Positions 40,578 through 50,340 of a DNA stretch of 64,000 bases are shown here, piece by piece (within the stretch, counting starts at the first letter, position 1; every line of letters begins with the position of its first letter). This stretch comes from Methanotrichaceae archaeon (GTDB lineage: Archaea; Halobacteriota; Methanosarcinia; Methanotrichales; Methanotrichaceae). A program made the position numbers and the translations under genes. The DNA lies in contig CAVVKN010000009.1 in NCBI GenBank assembly GCA_963748825.1, positions 192,001 through 256,000 of the forward strand, written 5' to 3'. The notes beneath the pieces are model-generated. The model was not told where the DNA came from. It searched no databases and was given only the letters and a program-made list of their open reading frames with translations.

Positions 40578-41843
40578 ATGTCATTTGGAAATTTAAATAT
40601 CATAGATCCGCTTTGCCGAGCACTGGCCAAGGAAGGATACACCGCACCGACTCCCATACAGACGCTGGCTATACCCCATCTTTTGAATGGAAAAGACCTG
40701 ATGGGCATCGCTCAGACAGGCACAGGCAAGACCGCAGCATTCGTGCTGCCCATATTGCAAAAGATATCCGAACAACACAAGTCAGCCCTCCCCGGAGTTC
40801 CGCGCGCTCTGATTATCGCACCTACAAGAGAGCTGGCCGCACAGATAGACCAGAGCTTTGCCACATACGGCCAGTTTCTGCGCTTCCGACATACAGTCAT
40901 ATTCGGCGGCGTTCGTCAAGGGCCGCAGGTCAAGATGCTTTCTCAAGGCGTCGATGTCCTGGTTGCCACACCCGGCCGACTGCTCGACCTGATGAATCAG
41001 GGCTACATTATGCTGAAGGGCGTAGAGTTCTTCGTCCTGGACGAGATAGATCGGATGCTTGACATGGGTTTCATCAAGGATATGAAAAGGATTGTCTCGG
41101 CGCTGCCGCAAAAGCATCAATCGCTTTTCTTCTCGGCCACCATGTCCCGGGAGACAGGCGAGTTTGCAGAAAAGCTTCTCACAGATCCAGTACGCATCGA
41201 GGCCACCCCCCAGGCCAGCACTCTCGAGTGCATCACGCAGAGCGTTTTCTTTGTCGATCAGAACAATAAGTATCCGCTATTGCAGGGGCTCATCATAGAG
41301 GAAGATATGGAACGCGTCCTGATTTTCTCTCGCACCAAGCACCGGGCGGATAAGATCGCGGAGGCGCTCAATAAGAACAGGATCAACGCCGATGCCATTC
41401 ACGGCAACAAGTCACAAAACCAGCGCACTAAGGCCATGCACGATTTTAAATCAGGTCGCTTGCGGGTGCTTGTGGCAACGGATATTGCCGCAAGGGGAAT
41501 TGACGTTGATGACATATCCCACGTGATTAACTTTGATCTGCCCAACGAGCCGGAGAGCTATGTCCATCGCATCGGTCGCACGGGGCGTGCCGGAGCCGAT
41601 GGCAAGGCATATTCGTTCTGTGCTGCAGACGAACGCAACATCCTGCGTAGCATTGAGAGGCTGACACGGACGAAAGTAGGGGTCATGGAGCACAAGTACC
41701 ATTCCGAAACGGCAAAGATGGCAGTCGGTGCAGCCGCCGAGTCTGCCAATTCCTATAGATCGAGGGCCACGGCGAGAGGTTCCAGACAGGAGAGCGCGCA
41801 CAAATCTGGTCCCAGAAAGCCGTATCCTGTCAGACGACGCTAG
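40578..41843 (+). CDS. DEAD-box RNA helicase (RhlE-like)
   Basis: Q motif, AQTGTGKT, PTRELA, TPGR, DEID, SAT, ARGID and HRIGRTGR. Confidence 0.95.
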   Translation: MSFGNLNIIDPLCRALAKEGYTAPTPIQTLAIPHLLNGKDLMGIAQTGTGKTAAFVLPILQKISEQHKSALPGVPRALIIAPTRELAAQIDQSFATYGQFLRFRHTVIFGGVRQGPQVKMLSQGVDVLVATPGRLLDLMNQGYIMLKGVEFFVLDEIDRMLDMGFIKDMKRIVSALPQKHQSLFFSATMSRETGEFAEKLLTDPVRIEATPQASTLECITQSVFFVDQNNKYPLLQGLIIEEDMERVLIFSRTKHRADKIAEALNKNRINADAIHGNKSQNQRTKAMHDFKSGRLRVLVATDIAARGIDVDDISHVINFDLPNEPESYVHRIGRTGRAGADGKAYSFCAADERNILRSIERLTRTKVGVMEHKYHSETAKMAVGAAAESANSYRSRATARGSRQESAHKSGPRKPYPVRRR

Positions 41844-41870
41844 TTGAAAAAGCTGGAAAAACCCGTGAGA

Positions 41871-41910
41871 GGCTATTTTATGCCCAAAAAATAGCCGATC
41901 ATTTTTTTTT
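41871..41910 (+). terminator. Hairpin plus T-tract terminator
   Basis: ggctatttt...aaaatagcc followed by T9. Confidence 0.6.
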
Positions 41911-42099
41911 ATAAATTTTTAAATTTAAGAACAAATTTTTATATTTTTGCTCCAAGTCTCGATTTACTTTGATCAAGCTTTGATCAAGCGCAAAAAATTG
42001 CTTAGTATACTCGCGGAAACGCTCGCCTCTTTATACGTTAATATCCATATTACACTATTATGCTCAAAGAGCACTAACATTTTATGGAGTGAGATTGAG

Positions 42100-42438
42100 A
42101 TGAAAATTGTCCAAGTAAAAGATGCACAGAGCAAGCCCAATCCACATGGAGTGGATGCCAGGAGCATCAGCGACACAGAGAACGCTCAGGTGGCGCACAT
42201 CACCTTGCAGCCGGGCGAGGCCCTGAAAAAACATATCACACCCGTAGATGTGGTCTTCTACGTGCTGGAAGGTCGGGGCGTGGTGGAGATTGGCGAGGAG
42301 CGCGCCGAAGTGGTAGCTGATGCGCTAGTCGAAAGCCCGGCCAAAATTGCTCATCGCTGGATAAACGAGAGCCAGGGACCGCTGCGCATATTGGTGATAA
42401 AGACACCCCGGCCCAAAGAGGCCACGAAGATGCTGTGA
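42100..42438 (+). CDS. Cupin domain protein
   Basis: LQPGEALKKHITP, FYVLEGRG and IAHRWIN; ATG at 42100. Confidence 0.88.
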   Translation: MKIVQVKDAQSKPNPHGVDARSISDTENAQVAHITLQPGEALKKHITPVDVVFYVLEGRGVVEIGEERAEVVADALVESPAKIAHRWINESQGPLRILVIKTPRPKEATKML

Positions 42439-42881
42439 GAGGGATGATTGCCATGTCGCCTGATGAGAACAAAGCCCTCGTCCGCCGCTTCTTTGCCCTG
42501 GGTCCCTCCCGAGGTGACCTGAGTGCAGCCGACGAGCTGCTGGCCAATGACTTCACCCTGCATGTGCCGCTTCCCTGCTCGCCAGGCGTCCAGGGAATGA
42601 ACGAGGTGATCTCCGCCTGCCGGGCCGCTTTTGAGCACCTCGATGTTACCGTAGAGGATATGGTCGCAGAAGGGGATCGGGTCGCCGCCCGCTTCACAGC
42701 CCGGGGCATTCACAAAGGGGATTTTATGGGCCTGCCGGCTACTGGCAAGAGCATTACCATGACCGGAATTGAGATCTTCCGCATCGAGAACGGCAAGATT
42801 GCACAGCTGTGGGGCGAGGCAAATCTGCTGGGACTGATGCAGCAACTGGGAATCTTGCCGCCTTTGGGGGAGCAAGGATAA
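42435..42881 (+). CDS. SnoaL-like ester cyclase
   Basis: ENKALVRRF, AEGDRVAAR, GIHKGDFMGLPATGK and GKIAQLW. Confidence 0.88.
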   Translation: MRGMIAMSPDENKALVRRFFALGPSRGDLSAADELLANDFTLHVPLPCSPGVQGMNEVISACRAAFEHLDVTVEDMVAEGDRVAARFTARGIHKGDFMGLPATGKSITMTGIEIFRIENGKIAQLWGEANLLGLMQQLGILPPLGEQG

Positions 42882-42995
42882 GCGATCCGTGCCTCAAGGG
42901 CAAAATCATTGAAAGCTGTGCTTCCCACTTTGTCCTTCGCAATCCTACAAGTTAAATACCATCAAAAGATCGGTCTTTTGCAAAGGTGACATATT

Positions 42996-43454
42996 TTGAG
43001 CATTCCTGAGCGCTGGAAGAGGCACAAACCCCTGCCCGCCAACATCGAAGAGCGCCTGCAGAGTCTTGCGCCGCTATTGGAAAAAAAGGGCGTGCTTCTC
43101 GCCTATCTCTTCGGCTCCCTGGCGGCAAAGGGTGAAAAAGCTCCGAGAGCGCCCGGCGACGTGGATTTGGCCGTGCTCACCGAAGAGAGGCCGGCCTGGG
43201 AGTTACAAGAGGAGTTGGTTGAGAGTTTGGGCACGGACCGGCTGGACCTGGTGGATCTGCGCAAAGCCTCTCCAGTGCTGCGCTTTGAGATCCTGCGTGG
43301 TGGCAGGCCCATCTACATCTCTGATGAGGAGATCAGGGAACGATACGAGATGGAGACGCTCCACCTCTACCGGGATACTGAACCAATGAGAAGAAGACAG
43401 AGGCAGGCTCTGAAAGAAAGGATGGCGGCATGGCGCTTAAACGAGACGTTGTAG
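42996..43454 (+). CDS. mntA: Minimal nucleotidyltransferase antitoxin (MNT, type VII TA)
   Basis: AYLFGS...DVDLAV, LDLVDL and LRFEI. Confidence 0.85.
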   Translation: MSIPERWKRHKPLPANIEERLQSLAPLLEKKGVLLAYLFGSLAAKGEKAPRAPGDVDLAVLTEERPAWELQEELVESLGTDRLDLVDLRKASPVLRFEILRGGRPIYISDEEIRERYEMETLHLYRDTEPMRRRQRQALKERMAAWRLNETL

Positions 43455-43853
43455 AGAATCGGTTAAAGGAGCTTGATCTGGTAGTTGCTCAGCTCAATAA
43501 ATACAGGGACTTGCAGCCGGATGCAATGAAACAGGATTTAGAAAAGCGATGGGTGATTGAGAGGGGCCTGGAGGCAGGAGCCCAGCTTATTCTGGAGATT
43601 GCAGACCATATACTCTCCAGCCATTTCGGCAATTTCTGCGAGACTTATGAGGGAACACTGAGAGGACTGTTTGAGAAGAACAATCAAGGGGCTGGGCGGT
43701 ATGCGCAATATCCTGGTCCATCAGTATGTCCAAATAGATCTCGGCATAATCTTCAATGGCTACCATAGAAGCCTGAAGGTCTTCCCCCTCTTTGCAGAGG
43801 AGATAATGGGCTGGATGGATGAACTGATAGATGGGCAGGAAAAAGACGCGTAA
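43430..43853 (+). pseudogene. hepT: HEPN (DUF86/HepT) toxin, frameshifted at ~43680
   Basis: IERGL...IADHI in the first frame; RNILVHQY (Rx4H) in the second frame. Confidence 0.8.
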
Positions 43854-43883
43854 AGCGAGCTGTTGCGAAGTTCGGGCGTTACC

Positions 43884-44243
43884 TCACAGCACGCACTGGT
43901 TGCAGTCCTGGCAGCCGCATTTGATGTTGGAGATCTTCCATTTCAGCGCCCAGCGCTTCATGTCCTTGACGATGTCGATGATCTCAAGACCACTCTGTGT
44001 GAGGGTGTACTCGCTCTTCACGGGAAAGGATGTGCTGTCCACCCTGTTCTTAACGAGGCCTTCTTTCTCCAGCTCCCGCAGGCGCGCCGAAAGCACCTTT
44101 TGGGTAATGCCAAAAAGGCAGCCCTTCAGCTCGGAAAAGCGCCTGGTGTGCCCTTCTCCCTTGTAGAGCTCCAGGATAATGAGCAGCGTCCATTTTCTGG
44201 CGATGTACTTGACGGTCAGATTTACAGTGCATCCTTCTTGCAT
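43884..44243 (-). CDS. HxlR-family wHTH regulator with a Cys-rich tail
   Basis: KWTLLII, RRFSEL, ITQKVLSARLRELE and EYTLT; C-terminal CGCQDCNQC. Confidence 0.9.
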   Translation of the reverse strand: MQEGCTVNLTVKYIARKWTLLIILELYKGEGHTRRFSELKGCLFGITQKVLSARLRELEKEGLVKNRVDSTSFPVKSEYTLTQSGLEIIDIVKDMKRWALKWKISNIKCGCQDCNQCVL

Positions 44244-44370
44244 GGTATCCCTGGGGAAACTTTCTAAGCTAAATACCTTGGTATCTTTAGTATACCATAG
44301 TATGAGAATTTATAAGCGATAGCTGCCTTTAACATTTAAAGAAAAATTTAGATAAATTGAAATAATCGAA

Positions 44371-45696
44371 ATGGAGGATATAGAAATGGCTGCAATTGAG
44401 AAACCGGATATGTTCTGCTACCAGTGCTCCCAGACCGCAGGGGGCACAGGCTGCACCATCAAAGGAGTCTGTGGAAAGGAAGCGATCGTGGCACGTCTGC
44501 AGGACAACCTGCTCTTCGCCATCAAAGGCATCAGCGCCTACCTTTACCATGCACGGGAATTAGGCTACACCGACCCGGATGTGGACGCCTTTATCGAGCG
44601 GGGCTTCTTCTCCACGCTCACCAATGTCAACTTCGATCCCCAGGAGTTTCTAAATCTGGCCGTCAAGGCGGGGGAGATGAACATCAAGACCATGCAACTG
44701 CTCAAGAAGGCGCACATCGAGACCTTCGGCGAGCCCACGCCCACGCAAGTGAAGACCGGCACCGTCGAAGGCTACGGCATTCTGGTCACAGGCCACGACA
44801 TGCATGCTCTTCACAAGCTCCTAAGCCAGGTTGAGGGAACAGACGTCTTCGTATACACCCACTCCGAGATGCTGCCCGCCCACGGTTATCCGGGCCTCAA
44901 GAAGTACAAGAACCTGGCCGGAAACCTGGGAAAGGCCTGGTTCGATCAGCGAAAGCTCTTCGCCCAGTATCCCATGGCCCTGCTGGGCACCTCCAACTGC
45001 TTCCTTATCCCGAAAGATGAGTACAAGGACCGCATGTTCACGGGCGGGCCGGTTCACCTGCCTGGGGTAAAGCACATCGATGGATACGACTACTCTGAGG
45101 TCATTGCCAAGGCCCGCTCACTGCCAGAGTTGCCCGATGCGCCCGGCGAGTATGTGCTCACCACCGGCTTTTCCACCGCGGTCTTACTGGGCCATGCCGC
45201 CAAGATCAAGCAGCTCGTGGAACAGGGCAAGATCAAGAGATTCTTCCTGGTGGGCGGCTGCGACGCGCCCCTGAAAAAGTCGGATTACTACCGCGAGTTC
45301 GTGCAAAAGCTGCCCAAAGATACCGTGGTGCTCACCCTGGCCTGCGGCAAGTTCCGCTTCAACGACCTGGACCTGGGCGACATCGAGGGCATTCCCCGGC
45401 TAATAGATCTCGGCCAGTGCAACGATGCCATCGTGGCACTAGAGGTGGCCCAGGCCCTGGCGGGACTATTTGGCGTAGGCGTGAACGATCTGCCCCTGAC
45501 GCTGGTGGTAAGCTGGATGGAACAGAAGGCGGTGGCCATTCTCTGGTCGCTGCTTGCTTTGGGAATCAAGGGCATTTACCTGGGGCCCATTGTGCCAGGC
45601 TGGATCAATGCAGATATGCTCAAGATCCTGGTGGACAAGTACGATATCAAGCTGATCAGCACCCCGGATGAGGATATCAAGAAGATGATGGGTTGA
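44371..45696 (+). CDS. hcp: Hybrid cluster protein (hydroxylamine/NO reductase), short class
   Basis: MFCYQCSQT...GCT..GVCGK, GHD, HSEMLP, GGCD, LACGK, GQCND and WMEQKA. Confidence 0.96.
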   Translation: MEDIEMAAIEKPDMFCYQCSQTAGGTGCTIKGVCGKEAIVARLQDNLLFAIKGISAYLYHARELGYTDPDVDAFIERGFFSTLTNVNFDPQEFLNLAVKAGEMNIKTMQLLKKAHIETFGEPTPTQVKTGTVEGYGILVTGHDMHALHKLLSQVEGTDVFVYTHSEMLPAHGYPGLKKYKNLAGNLGKAWFDQRKLFAQYPMALLGTSNCFLIPKDEYKDRMFTGGPVHLPGVKHIDGYDYSEVIAKARSLPELPDAPGEYVLTTGFSTAVLLGHAAKIKQLVEQGKIKRFFLVGGCDAPLKKSDYYREFVQKLPKDTVVLTLACGKFRFNDLDLGDIEGIPRLIDLGQCNDAIVALEVAQALAGLFGVGVNDLPLTLVVSWMEQKAVAILWSLLALGIKGIYLGPIVPGWINADMLKILVDKYDIKLISTPDEDIKKMMG

Positions 45697-45908
45697 AAGT
45701 ACTAGTACAAATTTTATTCTTCTTCTTTTTTAAATCTTGAGTGGCTTGAGTTGTATTCTGTCGCAAAGTGCTCTTTTGCCTGAATTAAGGTTAATGCGGT
45801 CAATCATCCATTAATCTTCAAGTCGGGCAGGTTTCGCCAAAGCTATATTCTTGTCAGTGCGATTGCATATTGCATCTCAACTCACCATTGAAGATGCAAA
45901 GGGCAGGC

Positions 45909-46067
45909 TCAGGCCTGTCCCTTCTCAATCTCATTTTTTAGTCGCGATGTCGCGAATTCAAGAGCATGGGTTCTTGAAGCAAAGCGCCTTGTTTCAACTT
46001 CCTTGTCTATCCACTCGACTAAATCAACATCCATAGATGCTGTGACTTTCACTTTGTTATCGGACAT
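45909..46067 (-). CDS. Ribbon-helix-helix (CopG/Arc-like) DNA-binding protein, 52 aa (not in the ORF track)
   Basis: MSDNKVKVTASMDVDLVEWIDKEVETRRFASRTHALEFATSRLKNEIEKGQA*; alternative start at 46076. Confidence 0.78.
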   Translation of the reverse strand: MSDNKVKVTASMDVDLVEWIDKEVETRRFASRTHALEFATSRLKNEIEKGQA

Positions 46068-46087
46068 GTACGGCATAATACTCTTTA

Positions 46088-46139
46088 ATCGTATTTAAAT
46101 TTATTTTATACTCAATTATACGATACGCTTAAATACGAT
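46088..46139. promoter_or_regulatory. 11-bp inverted repeat in a divergent AT-rich promoter region
   Basis: atcgtatttaa (46088-46098) / ttaaatacgat (46129-46139), with extra ATACG boxes. Confidence 0.55.
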
Positions 46140-46168
46140 AAATGCGTATTATAGATTGATGAGTTGAG

Positions 46169-46516
46169 ATGAATGAAATAACCAAACAAAAAATTGTAGC
46201 CACTGCATCAAGGCTAATCGCGAAATACCCCGATGGCTATCTATCCGAGCCTGAGCTTATCAGATGGGAAGGATGGGCGGTGGCGATCAGAGGGCCAGAT
46301 GTGGATGGCCTCGATACTCCAAAAGCCATTATCAGAGGCTCTTATATGGAGATTAGGGCTTTTGAGATCGCTTATCGTAGGGCGAAAAAAAAGCTCTCCC
46401 TTGATGGTGGATGGCAGGATCGCTATGGAGGCCTAGAATGGCTTCCATCTACATTCGCGAAGAGTTATTGCTCGATTCGCGGTTTCGTTTCTATTATAAT
46501 AGCATTTGAATATTAG
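46169..46516 (+). CDS. Hypothetical protein
   Basis: ATG ORF divergent from the RHH gene; no recognised motif. Confidence 0.5.
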   Translation: MNEITKQKIVATASRLIAKYPDGYLSEPELIRWEGWAVAIRGPDVDGLDTPKAIIRGSYMEIRAFEIAYRRAKKKLSLDGGWQDRYGGLEWLPSTFAKSYCSIRGFVSIIIAFEY

Positions 46517-46939
46517 TTCTTTAGCTGAATAGATATTCCTGGTAAACCGTTTCCAAATGAAACGATTTTATACGGATTTACTCGCCGTTTCTTTACTGAT
46601 CGTCACTTTTTTGTCGGCAGCCTTTTGATCTGCTTGGGCCTTCTTACTTTCTCTTCCCGCCGTTATCTCGTCTGATGATTTTGACATACTTCTATAACAT
46701 AGATTAAAACAGATATAACTCTTTCTATTTTTTATACGAATTCAAGTTTTAAATTCTAATTTCCTTGGCCCTAGCCTGCCATTCCACAGCTTTCATAAAC
46801 ACTGCCGCACTATATCAATCGGCCCGGAGTCCCATGCTACTCCCCAAGTTGCTTGGACCTATTTCCGGGCCTTAAAACAAATATTCGTGCTTGTCGTTGT
46901 GATCCTGGGCGAAGGGATACCCATAATTCCATCTGACCT

Positions 46940-47190
46940 CATACCCCACCCTAACGGATGAGGTATGCTTCGGGCCGCACGCCCTCACGCCCGGTTTTAT
47001 GGAATCCAGAAATCGTCGAGCTTTCGTTGCCCAGATCCCCCTTGATCAGAATTATCGTGACTCTGTTTTCGGTTCCCAGAGAGTCCTTGTTAATCAAATC
47101 CAAGAAAATATGAAAACTGGGAGAGGGTTCACTTCATCCCCGACCTGAAGGTAGGAGTATTCGTGACCCTCCGCGCTCCCGATGTAATTA
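46940..47190. mobile_element. Two IS200/IS605-like terminal hairpin relics
   Basis: cataccccaccc-taac-ggatgaggtatg (46940-46967) and gagggttcac...ccccgacc-tgaa-ggtaggag...gtgaccctc (47123-47171). Confidence 0.5.
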
Positions 47191-47508
47191 ATACTGCACA
47201 GCAGTAACTTCTCCGGGTGTGCCATCCATTTTATGAATAGGCTTCATGCTCGTGAAAGTGTCAGTAAGTGCTGTATTGTTAGTAGCCATCTTGGGCAACC
47301 ACATCGCGGACGCATTAGCCCCAAAAGTCTGATTTATTTTGTCATTGAATTGCTGGACGGCGATATTATACTGCTCGACATTATTCATCAATCGTCCCAG
47401 CTTTACGCCATCATTCACGCCATTCACGTATGCCTGCTCAACAGGGGACAAAGCCATACTCGGCAGAACGAGAGACAGAAGCATCGCTAGTGCAATAATC
47501 GATTTCAT
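47188..47508 (-). CDS. Small secreted hypothetical protein
   Basis: MKSIIALAMLLSLVLPSMA signal peptide. Confidence 0.7.
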   Translation of the reverse strand: MKSIIALAMLLSLVLPSMALSPVEQAYVNGVNDGVKLGRLMNNVEQYNIAVQQFNDKINQTFGANASAMWLPKMATNNTALTDTFTSMKPIHKMDGTPGEVTAVQY

Positions 47509-47711
47509 AACATAGCGATTGATTATAGTTGATATAAGGGTATTGAGCCAGCAAGATGCGTTCCTTGCTGAACTCAAATGCCCAAGAGGTGGTGGAGATG
47601 CAGGTCTCACAAAAAGCTGCCGGAGAAAAGAAGGTGGGTTTGGATTTGGATTGGAGCTTAAGAACCGCTGGTTACCGCGAATATACCAGCACCCTCTCGC
47701 TCCATATGGTC

Positions 47712-47993
47712 TTAGGCCTCAGACACAGTATAGAGCTCACCTATTGCGCTATGAAACTGCTCAAATCTCTCTTTCAGATCCATCCCTTTTGGCGTAGTCT
47801 TATAAACAACCCGGGAGCCCTCATGGACTGCTTCAATGCATTCATTTTTTATTAAATTGTTTAAATATGGGTTTACCGTCAAGAAGTTCAGATTGGCCTG
47901 ATACACAACCCTTGTTTTGCTCGCACCAGGCACGCATAGTTCCAGAATTTGCGATACAATTAAGTCGTTAGTTCTTCTTTTTGATGTCATCAT
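47712..47993 (-). CDS. Archaeal winged-helix regulator (HTH_45-like)
   Basis: KRR..IVSQIL, ASKTRVVYQANLNF and YKTTPKG. Confidence 0.85.
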   Translation of the reverse strand: MMTSKRRTNDLIVSQILELCVPGASKTRVVYQANLNFLTVNPYLNNLIKNECIEAVHEGSRVVYKTTPKGMDLKERFEQFHSAIGELYTVSEA

Positions 47994-48014
47994 ATATCCC
48001 TCCCAATAACCAGT

Positions 48015-48299
48015 TCAATATTCTATGTCACATAATCCTGGTTTTTCGCTGTTGGGGATGAGTTTGTAGATTATGCCGTTCAGATTCAGCTCCACATAGC
48101 CATCCCTTGGCACAGCGTTGTAATTATGAGTAGCAAGGAAGAAAGCCAGGTCCTGAGAATTCATGCGCGTATCTTCGTTGCCCGAGATAAGGTTCTTCAA
48201 ATCCGAAATATCTTCGCCTATGGCTGAGGCCGTGTTCATGAAGGCCATTAGGATGCAAGCGGCCATGATTGCGAGCAGATATTTCGTAACCCATCTCAT
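48015..48299 (-). CDS. Small secreted protein; stand-alone DLAFFLATH domain
   Basis: Signal peptide; EDTRMNSQDLAFFLATHNYNA...KLIPN aligns with the N-domain of 32141..32848. Confidence 0.75.
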   Translation of the reverse strand: MRWVTKYLLAIMAACILMAFMNTASAIGEDISDLKNLISGNEDTRMNSQDLAFFLATHNYNAVPRDGYVELNLNGIIYKLIPNSEKPGLCDIEY

Positions 48300-48449
48300 A
48301 GATCATAGTACACTCTTCAGTAATCATATAGACGATTACGTATAGATCTGACTATAATATTGGTCAGATCCTATCGAAACAATTTTACTTAATATTGATT
48401 AGTAATTGTGTAAGCTGGTCCACGAAGATTCGTCTCTGAGGTGTAATAA

Positions 48450-48760
48450 TATCATTCAAGAGGCGGAATCCATCTTTCTGGCGCTCCCGGTGGACGCCCG
48501 TACTGTCGCCCTTGCGCCTGGGGGCTACCCAGCATGTACAGTCTTTGAGCCCTTCGTCGTCACTTTGGCTTTTCCATCCCCACACGGTCAGGGTCCTCGG
48601 GCCCGGCCTGGAGCTTGAGGGCCTCGGCCTCCGCCTGGGGCCGCATCCGCTTCTCCTTACAGCCCCCTGTGCTTCCCTGCGAGCCGAAGGCGCACGGGCA
48701 GCCTTCTGCAGGGCTCTGGCATCTCCGGTTAGCCGCCGGGCTTCCCTCTTCAAGCCAAGA
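48450..48760 (-). pseudogene. Multiply frameshifted basic helical protein gene (resembles a Methanothrix multicopy family)
   Basis: Stitched frames give KREARRLTGDARALQKAAR...AEAEALKLQA...DLTVW.MEK.K.TTKGSKT...GSARKMD. Confidence 0.4.
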
Positions 48761-48875
48761 AAACCAGGAAGCGTTTCTCACGAGTACGAGTAGGCAATAG
48801 CAGCAAAAATCAAGTCTCGTCGAGCCCCGGCGGGCTGTCACTCCAGGACCTCGGATCCAAAAACAGCTTTGAAGC

Positions 48876-49997
48876 CTAAAAGACCTTATGAATCCCGTTT
48901 ACCTTTTCCTTCAGCCCCTGCAAAGTGAGCTCAAGCTCCGCCGTGATCCTCTTCTTGGTCTCGCTGCCCACATTTATCTCGATGTCAGGCAGCATAAGCG
49001 GCTCTCTTCCTACCAGGTTCATGAAAAACTCCACCCAGTAGGGCGGCAGATACTCGGGTAGCCTCTCACCCCTCATGAGATGAAGGACGCTGGCCCAGGC
49101 CACGGGAACCACCTCCATGTTGTACCCGCCCCCTCCCAACGCCAGCAGCCTTCCTGCGGCGTGCTGCCCGGTCAGCTCGATAATGCGCTGCACCAGATGG
49201 GTGTACCCGTTAAGAGTCATGTTCAGAGTGGTAAGGGGATCGGAGTAGTGGGTGTCCACGCCCAATTGGGCCACAACGGCCTGCGGCTCAAACCACTCAA
49301 AGAGTCTGGGCACGATCTCCTCAAAGGCGCGCCGGTATTCCTCATCCCCGGCGTACATGGGCATGGGTATGTTCACGCTGTAGCCTAATCCCGGGCCCGC
49401 GCCCAGCTCATCGATAAAACCGGTCCCTGGAAAGAGGTATAATCCCGACTCATGCAGAGAGACTGTGAGCACATCAAGATCTTCATAAAAAATCTGCTGC
49501 ACCCCGTCTCCGTGATGGCCATCGATGTCGATGTAAAGAACTCTTTCAAACCTCTCTTTCAGGACGCTGATGGCCAGTGCCGGATCGTCAAAGACGCAAA
49601 AGCCCGAGGCCTGGGAGGGCATGGCGTGATGCAAGCCTCCGCCGATGTTAAAGGCGCTGCAGTCCTCGGCAATTATGCGCCGCGCTGCATCGATGCTGCT
49701 GCCGGCCAGCAGCCGCGAGGCGGCGTAAATGCCGGGAAATACGGGCGTGTCATCGCTGCCCAGGCCAAAGGCCAAATCCGGCACTTCCGCCTGTACAGAT
49801 GCGATATACTCCAGAGTATGCACGCGCTGCAAATCCGCAACCTCTGCGGGCTTGGGCTCGACCTTGCAGGTGAGGTCGTCGATTAGGCCCTCTTCCTCCA
49901 TGAGCTTGTAAGCCAGCATCAAGCGAGCCGGATTGAAGGGATGCTCCGGGCCGAAGTTATAGGCCTGGAATTTTTCGCTGTAATAAAGATAGATCAT
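48876..49997 (-). CDS. AcuC/histone deacetylase family protein
   Basis: HPFNPARL, GGLHHA, GFCVF, DIDGHHGDG, FPGTG, DPL and GGGGY. Confidence 0.93.
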   Translation of the reverse strand: MIYLYYSEKFQAYNFGPEHPFNPARLMLAYKLMEEEGLIDDLTCKVEPKPAEVADLQRVHTLEYIASVQAEVPDLAFGLGSDDTPVFPGIYAASRLLAGSSIDAARRIIAEDCSAFNIGGGLHHAMPSQASGFCVFDDPALAISVLKERFERVLYIDIDGHHGDGVQQIFYEDLDVLTVSLHESGLYLFPGTGFIDELGAGPGLGYSVNIPMPMYAGDEEYRRAFEEIVPRLFEWFEPQAVVAQLGVDTHYSDPLTTLNMTLNGYTHLVQRIIELTGQHAAGRLLALGGGGYNMEVVPVAWASVLHLMRGERLPEYLPPYWVEFFMNLVGREPLMLPDIEINVGSETKKRITAELELTLQGLKEKVNGIHKVF

Positions 49998-50036
49998 AAT
50001 AATTGAGATAGATCTGGGAGCGGATCTATGAAAGGA

Positions 50037-50234
50037 TCATTTGTAGCCTTTTTCAATCAGGCCATCGCTCCAGTAGTTATCACATTTCTTGCAGTAGAAG
50101 ATGGTCTCAATTACGATCTTCTTCCAGCTATCTGCATCCAGTGCCCGGCGGAGTTCCTTTTGCTCGCATTCATTGCCGCATTTGGGACAATAGGGAACGT
50201 AGTGCTCTAAAACGCCCAGGTCCTCGTCAGCCAT
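50037..50234 (-). CDS. Small CPxCG zinc-ribbon protein
   Basis: YCPKCG...FYCKKCD; GAGG SD upstream. Confidence 0.7.
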   Translation of the reverse strand: MADEDLGVLEHYVPYCPKCGNECEQKELRRALDADSWKKIVIETIFYCKKCDNYWSDGLIEKGYK

Positions 50235-50340
50235 TTTCTATTCCTCATCAATTCAGGAAGCCGGGCAGGGCAAAAAAGCTGTCGGTTTCAATGCAAATTG
50301 ACGCTGCAGTCAGCCGTGAGATATCGCGCTAGTCCGTGAT

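Noticed and set aside
48480-48860. RNase P or SRP RNA in the GC-rich segment
   Set aside because: No GAGGAAAGTCC/AACAGAA or SRP helix-8 motif seen on either strand
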